Of a DNA stretch of 64,000 nucleotides, positions 11,196 through 24,967 are shown piece after piece (the stretch's first letter is position 1; every line of letters starts with the position of its first letter). The translations under genes and the position numbers were made by a program. The notes under the pieces are model-generated. The model did no database searches, had not been told where the DNA came from, and was given only the letters and a program-made list of their open reading frames with translations. The DNA is from Octopus vulgaris (taxonomy: Eukaryota): positions 36,580,001 to 36,644,000 of the forward strand of contig OX597814.1 of assembly GCA_951406725.2 (NCBI GenBank). The letters are read 5' to 3'.

Positions 11196-11640
11196 GATAT
11201 GAGCTCAACAAGAACGTTTATTTCTTTCACATGCAATATTAATATTCTTTACATTGAAGTACATTAGAATGCAAAGAACATCCAAAACTATGTTGCTTAC
11301 ATTTTTGTACGCCTTAAAACGATATTTTCTTAATGACAATCAGTGGTCGTTAACCTGTAATAAATTTCTAACCCTATATTAAATTAAATATTCATAAATA
11401 CATATATTTTGTATTTAATGTATGTTGATATTACTTAACAACTTTCATTGTGCTTTAACCAAATATGGACATTACAATTTAAATGTTCTCATTAAAAAAT
11501 ATTTGTTCAGATAGATTCAAAGATGATGACTGACAAGGATAGTTTTCAAATAAACGGTGGATATGAATAAATAGGATGGAAAATAGCAGAAGAGAAAAAA
11601 TAAGCAGTGAGAAGGGAGAGACAGAGAGAAATAAATAAAT

Positions 11641-11657
11641 ACAGAGAGAGAAAGAGA

Positions 11658-11740
<83 letters not shown>
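11641..11740. repeat. (AG)n microsatellite
   Basis: Directly visible. Confidence 0.97.
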
Positions 11741-11743
<3 letters not shown>

Positions 11744-12794
11744 CATTTGTCATATAATCAAACATTTCATGTTTTCCCTACTTTTCTGTCGTGACATACA
11801 ACCCCATTTAATCTGTCTAGAAACACCCAGTTTTAACCAACTCTTTTGTGACTTCCGATATTTCAAAATCTAGTTGCAGTATTGCAGCTTCAAAAAACAT
11901 TACACCTTCGTTCAAATTCACAGACATAACTTGTTCTGACATATGTTTTGATTTTAAAACAGCACGCTGTGATTTGAAGATGATTTTACTTTCAATTCTA
12001 GCGGGTGAAGTATCCAGGTAAAGGCTATATCAACCTGGTTTTGTTACATTTTTGATGATTTTTCAACTATGATCTAATTTTAGTTTGAGAGCCTGTCCCG
12101 TATTTTATGTGCTGTTTTTTCTTCCTATCAGCATTTGATATTAATAAGCAGAATAAGTGTGGGTTTATAGTGGTACTTACACTACGTGGAGCTCATTTCC
12201 TCAGTTTCTAACATGGGGGACATTATAGACTATAGTTTTTATTGATTTCAACATGATATTAGCTTTTTTTGTTTACTTTGTCTCACTATATTACACTATG
12301 AACTTTTTAAATGTGAGGTGATGAAAATATTTCTACTTTTACAGAAATTGCTAATACTAATATTCTAGATTGTTCCAAAAGTGTTTTAAAACTAGCTGCA
12401 ATGCTAATATGTAAATTGTGTTATAGACGTATTGCTTGACTGATCATTCATTCTTACTTAAAGCAATATTTAAATTGACTGCACCATGATCACTGTTAAT
12501 ATATTCGCTGACTGAAATACAATAATACAAACCACAAAATATACTACCATTAGATAAAATGTGTTTAATATTACAATACAGTTGATCTTTTCTCATCTGT
12601 AAGCATATAGTATATTCTGATAGACTGATACCTGTGTTTTCAAGTCTGATTGTAGGAAATCTGTATATATGTAAGTGAATTTATCTCTCTATATATGGGC
12701 GAATAATTGTTGGTCTAGAATGATTGAGTGTTCCGAATAGTAGTATGCAAAAATAAAATAAACATTTTAGAATAGCTTCAAAGAGGCACTACTT

Positions 12795-12936
12795 CGCCGC
12801 CGCCGCCGCCGCCGTCAGTATCATCTGATCATCATCATCATCATCATCATCGTCGTCGTCGTCGCCGTCGTCGTCGTTGTCGTCGCCGTCGTCGTCGTTG
12901 TCATCGCCATCATCATCATCATCATCATCAACATCA
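12795..12936. repeat. Compound (GCC)n/(ATC)n/(GTC)n microsatellite
   Basis: Directly visible. Confidence 0.93.
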
Positions 12937-13147
12937 TGAATGCCCTCTGAAACTTAATGCCTAGTCGTTACATGCTACTTTTTAAATAAGAAAATAAAGA
13001 AGACCAGCAGCGCTTTTATCACGTCCCTTTATTACAAGGTCTAGAAAGACTATTTTACTAACATCTGATGAATGCCTTATTCCAGGCCTTACTTGTTATA
13101 AGTCCCTATTGCCTGCTACAATGTAATGAACGTGTTTTTATTTTAAA

Positions 13148-13536
13148 CTAGCAGTATCGCCCGGCGTTGCTCGGGTTTGTAAGGGAAATAACTATATAAG
13201 AGAGTTATAGCCAAAAATAGCAAAAAAATGCATTAAAAATGGAAAACAAATGATGGTAAATTTTTTAAAAAATCGTTGACTCATCGTAGAAATTTTTAGA
13301 GAGTTACTTCCCTTATATAATAGCGAAAAAATGCATTAAAATGGAAAAAATGATGGTAATTTTTTTTTAAATCGTAGACTCATCGTAGACGCGCGCAAAT
13401 ACCCAGAAGGGCTCGATATGAATCACGACTATAAGATACCCGCTTTTGGTTAAACTGCACCGCAAAATGTGGGAGTAGTTAGGAATCTAAATCGTAGGAG
13501 ACAGACACAAAACTTGACTTTTATATATAAAGAAGA
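13148..13536 (-). mobile_element. Non-autonomous Helitron
   Basis: Minus strand starts A|TC and ends with a GC-rich subterminal hairpin-like segment (cccgagcaacgccggg) plus CTAG|T. No TSD. Contains an internal ~65 bp duplication. Confidence 0.75.
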
Positions 13537-13741
13537 TATTTCCTCGTGTGCAAGCGTATCTTTTGTAGCTAGTATCAGTTCGCATTTCGTATCGCATTTC
13601 AGCTCACGATGTTAAATGTCACAATATTTCTGAACGCAGAGAGAAAATTTCATTGCAAAACTACATAGGTTCTCCTTAAAAAAAAAAAAATGTCGCATCT
13701 ACTTACGAGTGGAAATGTTTTTTTTTTTTTATAAATTGTAA

Positions 13742-14130
13742 TCTAAATATATAAAGCTGAAGTTGTCTGTGTATGGCAGGTTTGGTAGCCTTCAACTAAC
13801 ACTGTCTCCCCCGAGACCCTGAGGCGCAAGTTGACCAAAATTGAGAGTATGATAGAAGAAAACTTGCTTTTCATTTCCTAGAAGATAAAATTCAAATCGG
13901 ACCATGTTAAGACCAAAAGTTATTTACATCAAAAGGGTGCTTTTTTGTATGAAAATCCCTACTTTTTACGATTTTTTGACTACTGTGTCGCCATTTTTCG
14001 GTGTATTTCAACCAGAAAAATGTTCCCTTAAAGAGAATAACAAGCTACATAATGCAAAATCTTTACTTTTCAAAATTTCTAATTCTAAAGGGTCGAAACA
14101 AACCCGAGCAACGCCGGGCGATACTGCTAG
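13742..14130 (+). mobile_element. Non-autonomous Helitron
   Basis: A|TCTAAATATATAAAG start and cccgagcaacgccgggcgatactgCTAG|T end. Confidence 0.8.
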
Positions 14131-14673
14131 TTTATATTAAAGTAAAATCTCACCTCAATCACATTAAAGTAAGCCCTTGGTAAAGAAAAAGGAAGAACAG
14201 CAACAACAATAGGGGTAATTAAAGGAGCCAAAAAAGCTCAATGTATTCAGATAGAACCTTTTCAGAAACGAAATGACTTATATCTAAGATCTTCTTAGTG
14301 CTGGGAAAGCTCCTTTTATGTAAGGAAAGCATCGGTTTCTAAATGTACATAATATTATCGTAAGCACCTGGTAAAGAAATAACAACAACAGCAACAATGA
14401 TATTTAAAAGACAAGGTAAGCTTTTATGTGTTTCCTCTTTCAGCAAGGTATATCAGCCAGATACTCTTCCAAATCACATACCCAAAGAACAAATTGGATC
14501 ATATTGTCCTGAATATGTTCTAAAAGAAAATAGGTAGATAACATTTGGAGGATATTTCATGATATATCTGGCTGAACAATGTTTACAATTTAAACCAATA
14601 AGACAAATAATTTATAGTTCTAACTTATATCTGAAATTTGCTTCTGTTGGAGATAAATGATTAGGTTTATGTA

Positions 14674-15938
14674 CAGGGTGTTCTAAAAGTCACTGAGGGG
14701 TTTCAATTTTTAATAACTCCCTTATTTTTTGAAATAGGTGCATGAAATTTTATTTTTATATAGAGGAGATAATGGAAATTAATTTGCATTAGTCCTTTTT
14801 CATCATACCTCTGCATTACGTATGGAAAATGACTTCTTTTAAATGACGCCCATTTTCAGCTTCACACATTCCTACCCTTTCCAAAATATGTTCGATGACA
14901 GCTGTAAGCGTTTCAGGGTCCAGTTCCCCGATTTCTCTAGTGATATTCTCCTTGAATTGCTGCAGGGTTTCTGGTTTGTTGAGGTACCTTCACAAGAAAA
15001 AGTCAGGTCTGGTCAAGTCTGGGAAACGTGATGGCCAGCTGATATCGCAGTAGCGAGAGATGGTTTTTTCTCTCCAAATTAATGCCTCAGCAACTGTATT
15101 GTCTCTCTTGCCGTATGAGAAGTTTCCCCATCTTTTTGGAACAACACACCGGGCCTTTTTCGAATGGTCAGCTGCAAAAAGTCTCGATCATGGACCTGTA
15201 CTGCTCACCAGTCAGAGTGACAGCATTTCCATGGTCGTCTTCAAGGAAATGAGGCCTGATTATCTCATCCGCTGTAATTGCACACCATACTGTTCACTTT
15301 ATGGGGTAAAATTCTCTTTGGTGTACTACTCTCAGATTCTCAGAGCTCCAAACCCGGCAATTTTGCCTGTTGATAAAACCATTTAAATGAAAGTGAACAA
15401 CATCAGACACGATCAATTTGTATGCAAAATTTGGATAATTTCGTGCTTATTTCTGGATTCTAACCTCGTATTGAAGCCTGTGTTCATAGCCCTGGGGCTT
15501 CAACCGTTGAAACAAATGTACTGCACCTTGTATTGAACTATTTGTACCTTTGCAGCGAAGTTCAAGAAAATCTCAAACTTTCTGGACTGTCTTCTAGTTG
15601 ATTTGCATGGATTCTGTTCAATACTCTCGCGTACACGTGCCCTTGCCTCATGGGTTCTGACAGCGCGAGGTATCCTAGATCGTGGGAGTTCACTTACTCT
15701 CCCTTGTTTTTCAAAGCGATGAAGTAAGTTCTATCTTTCACTTCAAAGTACGATATGCTCTCTGGGTTTGATTGATTAACCTCTGATCTTGATAGAATAA
15801 TTTCGCCACTTGGGTGTGTTGTGTGGTGCCATATTTTTCTATAATTGATTTCCAGGATCTAGTCCATAAAATCCCTGAAGAAAGGAAATAATCAAAAATA
15901 AAAGAATTATCAAAAATTGCAACTCCTCAGTCACCCTG
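14674..15938 (-). mobile_element. Defective Tc1/mariner transposon, DD41D (rosa/Visitor)-like
   Basis: TA|CAGGGTG...CACCCTG|TA ends with a further matching TIR segment (actgagg.gtt.caattttt.ataa.tc). Minus-strand remnants SDVVHFHLNGFINRQNCRVW, FQKDGETSH and SWPSRFPDLTRPDFF, with about 41 residues between the last two catalytic Asp (one frameshift). Confidence 0.85.
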
Positions 15939-18900
15939 TATCAGCAGTAGTATTGTATCAATAAACAGTAGATGAACTAAAAAGTAAGGATAGTGTATGC
16001 GTGCATTGGTAGTTGTGGCTTCATAGTTTTCAAGTGATAAGCAATAAATGTTCTTTCTAGTTGTTTACACTAAATAACTCTCTAAGTGTTCATGTCTTTC
16101 CAAAAACCTTAATCAAAATATCCTTATTCCACAGTTTTGTTTTTGTAAGGAGATGAAAACTTAGCACGTTTATGTATTTCTGCAGTGCTTATGTGATAGG
16201 GAAACTATCCACACTTTCGAACGGACACATTGTAATGGATAGAATTTAGGAAAGAGAAATAGTAGTTGCTTTAAGGCATGACCACATTTCGGACAAAATA
16301 TTAGTAATGCAAACATCACCTGGGCATTTAACTACTGAAATTGATGTAGGATATTTCGATACTTGGAAGTAAAAACATCACTCTTAAATTATCCTATATT
16401 TTCTTCGTAGCATTGCATTGTAGATCATGACAAATTCTACAAGAACCATGAATAGTGTTCGTTATGTTAGAGCAAGCTATTATATGTGATATTGTTCCTG
16501 ATTTGAACCTGTGTCCACTACATTTACTCACCACTTGATTTTTTTATCATCCATTATTTTCTCATGCACAAATCTCAAGAATGTCTAATACCAATCCCAA
16601 CCCAATGTTCTCTTCCTCTCAGACAAGGGATAGCGAACTTTGACAACTTGATGTTTAGGTGTAATGTCAGCCTGCCAGAAATGTCACTACATCTTTTCAG
16701 TATTTCCTTGCATATTATTGAATTTCTTCCAACTCTTTCCTGTGTATCTTGAATAGTGTAAGTGCATATTGATTTTTTGGTCTTTCTCTCTAAATGTGCA
16801 TTTTTTCATATACTGTTATATTTTTATTTTTATTTTAATTTCATGACAGTTAGTTTCAGGGTCATACTATTTTTATTGTCATGTATGTTTGCTTGACAAA
16901 TAAACCACCAACGACTTTATTCATCTAAATTATCTTGAGGCTGCATCATTTGTTCTATACATAACATAATATCTGCATAAATCTAAATGTCAGTTTGCTA
17001 AACTGCAGACATGTTCATAACAGCTCAGCAAGCAATGAACCACTTAGTGAGTTTGTGTGCATTTTCAAGTTATTGAAAATAAAGTAAAATTACACTGTTT
17101 TCAAACTTTGTTTTAAAATCTTCTAAACTGTTAACAAACCGAAACTAAGATTTTATTTAAGTGATGTTGCTGAAAGAGATGGCGGAAATACCTTTCCTCA
17201 ATTAAGCATTGTTCTTCTCTCTGTATTTTAAGTTCAAATTTTGTCAGACTAGATTTATCATTACAGAATTGAATATGAATTAGTAATAATTTGGATCGAT
17301 TTCAATTAGTTATAATTTTCCCAAACAAAAACAATATAGGTAAGAACAAAGAAATAAATGGCCAGAACAAATTCTGTGAATTCATATAAAGCAATAATTT
17401 GTTTTCCATAATCTTTTATTATGCATATAAAGGTTATTCATATTATATTGTAGAGTACTGTGGATTGGCAGAATTGTAAAACGTCAGAGAATATGCCTTG
17501 TGGAATAAGTTCCTGTTTATTTCTTTCTGAAATCAAAATCCTTCAAGGTGAGCTTTGCCTTTCCTTTTTCCAGTTCGATAAGATCTTTAGTACTAGCGAA
17601 GCCCTGGGAATCACGACGTAACTGTAAGGCTGCATTGATAGAGGAGGTTTCACACCTACTGCATTACACTCTGAATACGGGCCCCTTTAAAAGGGATTAT
17701 ATGAAAGAAAAGACAAATGGTTAAATTGTACATCTGTTTTCCCATATGACTAGATTAGTATAAATGTAGGATCCTTTCCAAGTTAGAAGTATTGATTAGC
17801 GTTTAGTTTGCTGCTGTTGCAAATTATAAAATAGGAAAATAAGCAAAAATAAGCTGAGGCAAATCCACGCAGCCATGTAAACAATGAGCAATATGAAGCG
17901 TAAAATAACAATATGAAGAAGATCAATTCAAAATGATACTTTCAAACAATGGTAATTAAATTAACCTTGGCATAGCAAAATGATTAACTTCTCCGTGTAA
18001 ACGAATTCATTTCGGTGATTATCATCACCATAGGTCTAAGTAAAACACAGTTGTAAGTAGCAAGATTAATAGTGTAAGAATTGATGCATATAAGGTTATG
18101 GCTTGTAAGACTATTTAATTGTAAAACGAGGAAGTGAGTGTTTGTAAATTAAATGTAAAGATTTGCTAAGACAAGACACCAAACAGTTGTGTATACATAT
18201 TCATATAATTTCTTTGACAATTGACATTGATAGCAATAATAATGAAGGTAATGTAGCTTACATATTCATTTCTAACAAAAATAAACCTCTTCTGATAATG
18301 TTAGTTGAAATGGCAACTAAACTGCATGAATAGCGGTGAAAACAGGAAAATTCTAGTGTAAAAAGCTCGATGCTGCTCAGCTGCATAGCAAAGTTGCAAT
18401 GTGTATTGTGTCTGATTTCACATCAATGTGTGTGTGTGTGTGTGTGTGTGAGTATGTGTGTGTGTTTGTTCGTGTGTGTGTCTAGAAGGTATCAAGATTG
18501 GATTGATGAGAGAATAAATCAACTTGAGGGCAAAAGAAATCATTTGTGTTAGGTGTTATTTAGGAAAATATATGCTTAAAGCAGTGCTATAACGCAGGGT
18601 GATTAAAACTAATTTAAATGTAAAATACACGGAATAAGAAAATAAAACCTGATTGAAATATATTCTGCTCTCGTCGATAAGGATTTAAAACCGTAAATCG
18701 AATGATTTTGGTGTTTCTTATTTTTCCTTCCTTGAATTCTGTAACATACGATTCTACAGCTTATATTTTCTTTCCTTGAGTTGCCATATATAAGAAATAG
18801 CTGTACACTACGTCGGTACAATTATTTGCTGTATGACTGATGCAGTATGTACATCGAATCTGAAACTATTATATCTGGCAGAAGCGAACCGATGGCAAAG

Positions 18901-18939
18901 AAGGAAAAATCGTCTTCAGAATTAATAATATGGAGCTTA

Positions 18940-19325
18940 TATAGGAGCACTCCGTCGGTTACGACGATGAGGGTCCCAGCTGATACGATCAACAGAACAG
19001 CTTTCTCGTGGAATTAACGTGCAAGTGGCTGAGCACTCCACAGACACGTGTACCCTTAAAGTAGTTCTCGAGGAGATTCAGCGTGACACAGAGTGTGACA
19101 AGGCTGACCCTTTGAAATACAGGTACAACAGAAACAGGAAGAAAGAGTGAGCGAAAGTTGTGGTGAAAGAGTACAGCAGGGTTCACCACCACCCCCTGCA
19201 GGAGCCTTGTGAAGCTTTAGGTGTTTTCGCTCAATAAACACTCCCAATGCCCGGTCTGGGAATCGAAACCGCGATCCTACGACCGCGTGTCCGCTGCCCT
19301 AACCACTGGTCCATTGCGACCCCAC
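18940..19325 (-). mobile_element. SINE family B, full length
   Basis: Reverse complement of 5637-6026. 13-bp TSD aatatggagctta at 18927-18939 and 19326-19338. Confidence 0.92.
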
Positions 19326-19761
19326 AATATGGAGCTTAGTCGGCAGCCAAAAGGAAAACAGTTTTAAACTTACTGCTTACCAATTTTAAAACTGTTGTAG
19401 TTAGTATTACCGTAGTGATAACAGTAATTTTGTTCACAGCTTGAAAATTTCGTATTTGTTTTCGTAAACAAAGCTGTAGAACAATAGGAAATTGTTAATG
19501 AATTTGTAAACAATGTGCTGCACGATCACGTAAAAATATCTAAACAAGTGCAGTGTTGTTGAATGAAAAAAATGTCTAATTAGAAAAGTGTTTATTTAAT
19601 CAGATGAAAGTGGCTGTCTGTTTGAAAGTTTTTGGGTCAGCAACAGTAGGTTGATTTGTAACTGCTAAATAAGAACAATGCCGTTGTGTTCAAAATGATG
19701 GGGGACTAAATGTGAGAAGAAAATTAAATTTGTTCCTAGGGATGACAACAATAGTGTGTTA

Positions 19762-20170
19762 TATCTCTTTTATCTCTTTTACTTGTTTCAGTCAGTTGAC
19801 TGCGGCCATGCTGGAGTACCGCCTTTAGTCGAGCAACTCGACCCCGGGACTTATTCTTTGTAAGCCTAGTACTTATTCTATCGGTCTCTTTTGCCGAACC
19901 GCTAAGTGACGGGGACGTAAACACACCAGCATCGGTTGTCAAGCAATGCTAGGGGGACAAACACAGACACACAAACACACACACGCACATATATATATAC
20001 ATATATACGACGGGCTTCTTTCAGTTTCTGTCTACGAAATCCACTCACAAGGCTTTGGTCGGCCCGAGGTTATAGTAGAAGACACTTGGCCAAGGTGCCA
20101 CGCAGTGGGACTGAACCCGGAACCATGTGATTGGTAAGCAAGCTACTTACCACACAGCCACTCCTGCGCC
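19762..20170 (-). mobile_element. SINE family C, full length
   Basis: Reverse complement of 8856-9270. Confidence 0.9.
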
Positions 20171-20204
20171 TATATATAACTTTTTTTTTATATTTCATAC
20201 GTAT

Positions 20205-20356
20205 CAAGATGGTGAGCTGGCTGAATAATTAGCATGGCAGGCAAAATGCTCCATGATATTTCACCTGTCTTAATGTTCTGAGTTCAAATTCCACTGAGGT
20301 CAACTTCCCCTTTAACGGCGGTGCATCAGCATGGTTACAGCTCTGAGCTGAAACTA
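20205..20356 (+). mobile_element. Diverged SINE A head joined to a SINE C-type tail
   Basis: ggtgagctggctgaa...ttctgagttcaaattccactgaggtcaact followed by ggcggtgcatcagcatgg. Confidence 0.55.
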
Positions 20357-20573
20357 GAGAAAAAAATCACCTTTTACATAAGTTCATTGGGGATGTGGAT
20401 GCATCCCGTGCCCATGATTCTATCTCATGCATATTTTCTCATATCTCACTTCCTTATATTCCTTAGTTTACTTTTATCGTTATATTTCTCTTCATTGACC
20501 GTTTCCCCCCAGTATTCTAAAACGTTTCTCTTCATTATGTGATTCTTTATATTATTACCGTACATACTACATT

Positions 20574-20836
20574 ATGGAGGCGCGTGGTTTAGTGGTTAGG
20601 GTGTCAGCATCATGATCGTAAGATTGTGGTTTCGATTCCTGGACCGGGCGACGCGTTGTGTTCTTGAGCAAAACACTTCATTACACGTTGCTCCAGTCCA
20701 CTCAGATGGCAAAAATGAGTAACGCTGCGATGGACTGGTGTCCCATCCAGCTGGGGAACACATATAGCATGGAAACCAGAAAACCGGGCCCATGAGCCTG
20801 GTTAGGCTATAAAAAGGCGTATTCATTTATTATTTT
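20574..20836 (+). mobile_element. SINE family D, full length
   Basis: tRNA-like head (tggtttagtggttagg...gtttcgattcc), gtgttcttgagcaaaacactt, ctgcgatggactgg. 13-bp TSD tacatactacatt at 20561-20573 and 20837-20849. Second copy at ~26078. Confidence 0.9.
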
Positions 20837-22698
20837 TACATACTACATTGTATAATCTACGTATTTGGATGCTTATGCAGTATTAGCTCGCCAAGGGGAA
20901 CACAAATTGTTTCTTTCTTCCATTTCTTTCCTTTTAATGAACGATGCAAGATACTTTGCCTCAACTTTGCTTTCCACATATTCTGACTTTTGACTTGACT
21001 CCACTAGTTTGACTCTTTATAACTAATTATAGTCCATTCATCTCCTATATGTCTTTCTATCTTTATCTTCATTCATTCTTTGTTCTATAGTTTCTCTCTC
21101 TCTCTCTTTTCCTTTTTGCACATTTTGTCGCTCTCGATCACACAACCTTTCTTGTATCCCTATTTCACTAACCCCACTTGTCTTTCATTGATGCATTCAT
21201 ACTCTTAAATATCGGTTTACAGCTATATGTATCGCATATTACCGCTCAATTCTTCTGAAAGTAAAAATTCGGTCAAAGTCTATGGCTTGGATTTGCAGAG
21301 ATCTCATGTTTATGTGTGCATAATTTTCCATCAAAACTGTAGTGTTATTTTTCTACTCGTTTGTGTGATAATACTATTACAGTAGCTTATGAATATTTGA
21401 AACAGCTGTAAAAAGCTATCTAAAAGTATTTTAATGTGATTAATATATTTTGGTTACGTTTATATGGCATCTTAAGTAATTGATATAATGGTTACCATGC
21501 TAAATAGGTATGTTTCATTTTTTACGTTCTACTTATGCATACACAAACATGTGTGTGTGAGTATAAATAGAGGCACGTATACAAATATATATGCTAACAT
21601 ATATACATAAACACACACAGATATATTAGTTTGCTAGCGTACACAATTTCAATTTATTATTGTAAAGTGAAATATTATAAGATACGCATTAAGATAGTCT
21701 GGAAAAATATTGGTGTTACAATACATAATTTCATATCAGACAGAAAAAAAATGTACAATATTTCCTGAAAGATATCTATAAAATATTGTCTGTAATAAAA
21801 ATATCCATAAAAAAAAAACTAACAAGAAAAAAATTCTCTATTAGTTTATCAAACGTATTTTTGAAATTTTTAAATATGGAACGAAACCGAAGGCAAACGT
21901 TCAACTGAGACGCATTCAAGAACCTTACCTATTAAAGGAAATCGAAGATAGAAATGAAATATTGACAATAGTGAAACAAAGTTATGGAGATCTATAAATT
22001 TATTAATCGAAGTAGAAATAACGTTTGTAAAATATGACATTTCTCTGGGTTCTGTATTTTATTTTTATTGCGTTTATTGAAATGAATGGACTTCTCTAAA
22101 AGAAGAAAGTGAAGACAGTATAATCTAATGAAAAAAATATCTTGTTCTAGTTTTACTAACGTAAGGTTTTCGTTTTATTTGAAGCTTTCCCCATTAACTA
22201 CAGCAAAAGAAACATTTTTAGACATTACTAACTGTTTACATATTTTTGGCAAAGACCCATTTACAACATTTATACAGGTTTCAAGCTGACCGCATCAGAA
22301 TTACAAGGAGAGGCAATAGGCAGAGAGCTGATAGTTGTAGCTTCAATAACGTAAACAAGCATACATCGAAATTGCTTTCAAAAGAACCAAAAGAGCGAAA
22401 ATAATAAAAACAAAACCAAACAATGTGAAAATCAAACATACAGACTTTATCCTTAAATATTTTCTTTTTTACAATATTGGTGTTGAAGCCATTATTTGGA
22501 ATGGGAAAACAAAACAAGCAGCAATAACACCAACAAGAACAATAACGTTCCATTATTTGCCAACATTCTAAGACTAACGGAGTAACTCCTGCTCAAAGGA
22601 AAGAAGTAGCAGGGAGATAACGAAAAGAAGGCAGAGACATTTTGTCTGACAAATTCATCTAGGAAAGGCTAAGAGGTAGACGATAGTTCTGCATCATC

Positions 22699-22932
22699 AA
22701 AGGCGGCGAGCTGGCAGAAACGTTAGCACGCCGGGCGAAATGCGTTGCCGTATTTCGTCTGCCGTTTCGTTCTGAGTTCAAATTCCGCCGAGGTCGACTT
22801 TGCCTTTCATCCTTTCGGGGTCGATAAATTAAATACCAGTTACGCACTGGGGTCGATGTAATCGACTTAATCCGTTTGTCTGTCCTTGTTTGTCTCTTCT
22901 ATGTTTAGCCCCTTGTGGGTAATAAAGAAACA
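22699..22932 (+). mobile_element. SINE family A, single full unit
   Basis: Near-identical to the first unit at 4390. 13-bp TSD gatagttctgcat at 22682-22694 and 22933-22945. Confidence 0.92.
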
Positions 22933-24317
22933 GATAGTTCTGCATTTCTATTAAAAAATGGAGAATGGTTTCATATACCCACAAAAGAGTAGCTGGTGTA
23001 AACCCGTGTCGACGTTTAGTAGAGAGTGTTACGTAATAACCAAGAAGCATTTGCTCGTTTTTAAGGAGGACGAGTTGAGAGACAGATATATGTAATGCTT
23101 GATCAGAGGAAGACGCAAAACAGAACATGGATGCCAAGAAAACAAGTCTTACGGCCGAAGTTATAGGCTAGGTTATCAAAATTGGTTTATCTTCAGTTTT
23201 ATTCAACAGTGTAGAAAAGTGAGTTCAGCTTCAAACTATAATAAGATTTGGTCGCGTTAGATCTGTATGAACTTCCATTACTCAATGACACCTGACTGCA
23301 TTGATATTCCTGAATCCCTGAACAATGCACCATTGATGCAGTGGTGGTTACATAAATCAAAATGATGGTGCAAGATAGGAGGGTCTGTTCCGAAGGAGAG
23401 AGAGTAGAGTTCTCCAGAAGATAACGAAAGAAGATAGAAACATTATCTATTCTCTCATGAAAGAACATCATGTAATCTTAAACGAAAAAATACACTGCAA
23501 ACCCCACAAATGGTGTTAGAAATACTGGCAATTTAAAACAATGCAATTATAGAAACCATTTTTTAACCGTTACCTGAGGGATAGAGATTCTCGGTGAACT
23601 CAAACAAATAAGAGAAACATGAAATTTATAAGAATAATAACTTTATCAGAGAAGACATTAAAACTAAAACAAATACTAATCAAGTGGCTGAAAGTTTACT
23701 CTAAAGTTTCGGGATCTAATTACAATAGAATGAAAGATAACATTACAGAATCCCATAGAAAATCCCGTAGAAAATTACGAATCACAGAAGTATGTGTTAC
23801 GAATTACAATGGTCAATTGCTTCTTAGATGTATTCAGGCATACAGCCAACCATTGGACGAAACAATGAATCTATAACCAATAGGGACCGTCAAACCTAAA
23901 TATATGTACAAAACGATTTCAGCTTAAAACAATTCAAATTCTTATTAGCAACCCCACCCCGACAAAAAAAAAAAATTTATCGTATCCAATTGTTAATATA
24001 ATTTATTAATTTAGAAATTGCTGAACTCGCAATCATGTATTATTTTTATGAAATTTATCAAGCATTTGTACTTCTATCATTTTGCATAACTGTGAAAATT
24101 ATTGAACATTTGAATTTGCATGAACATTTGATATTTTAAGCGTGCTTTACCAAACGTTCACATGTATCTTCATTTTCTTTTAAAGCTTTATTTACCATTG
24201 AAAAAAAAAATGATTGTTGAAACCGGTAAGATATTTTAATAGATTGTCAAAATATTTCAAAATTACAATTCGTATTAAGTGTCAGATGTATTTTCAATGC
24301 CCGAAACAACAAGTCTC

Positions 24318-24452
<135 letters not shown>

Positions 24453-24765
24453 TGTACACGTGAGATCGGAGAAGAATGTTATGACTATTGTCCATGCATG
24501 GGTTTATGACATCTGCTGACGGCTGCAATTGGTTTCATAACTCACCATGGCATCTTCCTATTCGACTCGTCATCAAATAGTTGCCTCGACAGCGATTGCA
24601 GAACTTAAAATATTAGCTCCAATAAGATATGCACAGCGCCTCACATACCCTCTCCATCTTACTGGCATTGTCGCGATACAAGTCGGGGCAAAGTATCTAG
24701 TACTAGTATTACTCGTAGTCTCAAGAATGTGAGAGCGCCATGATGTGAAGGGCAATCAAAGCATC

Positions 24766-24821
<56 letters not shown>

Positions 24822-24842
24822 TGTAGGTGGTATACGAATGAG

Positions 24843-24967
24843 TATATATTTATAAAAAAGAAGTTTGAATACGCCACTATATATGATAAATTTTAATATA
24901 ATTTTTATATAAGATAAATTTATCTTATATAGTGGCGTTTTCAAACTTCTTTTTTATAAATATATAT
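24843..24967. repeat. Fold-back / MITE-like inverted repeat
   Basis: tatatatttataaaaaagaagtttgaatacgccactata pairs with tatagtggcgttttcaaacttcttttttataaatatata. A perfect 26-bp palindrome lies at 24906-24931. Confidence 0.85.

Noticed and set aside
22829-23471. 102-aa and 90-aa minus-strand ORFs
   Set aside because: One runs into a SINE, and neither has recognisable motifs.
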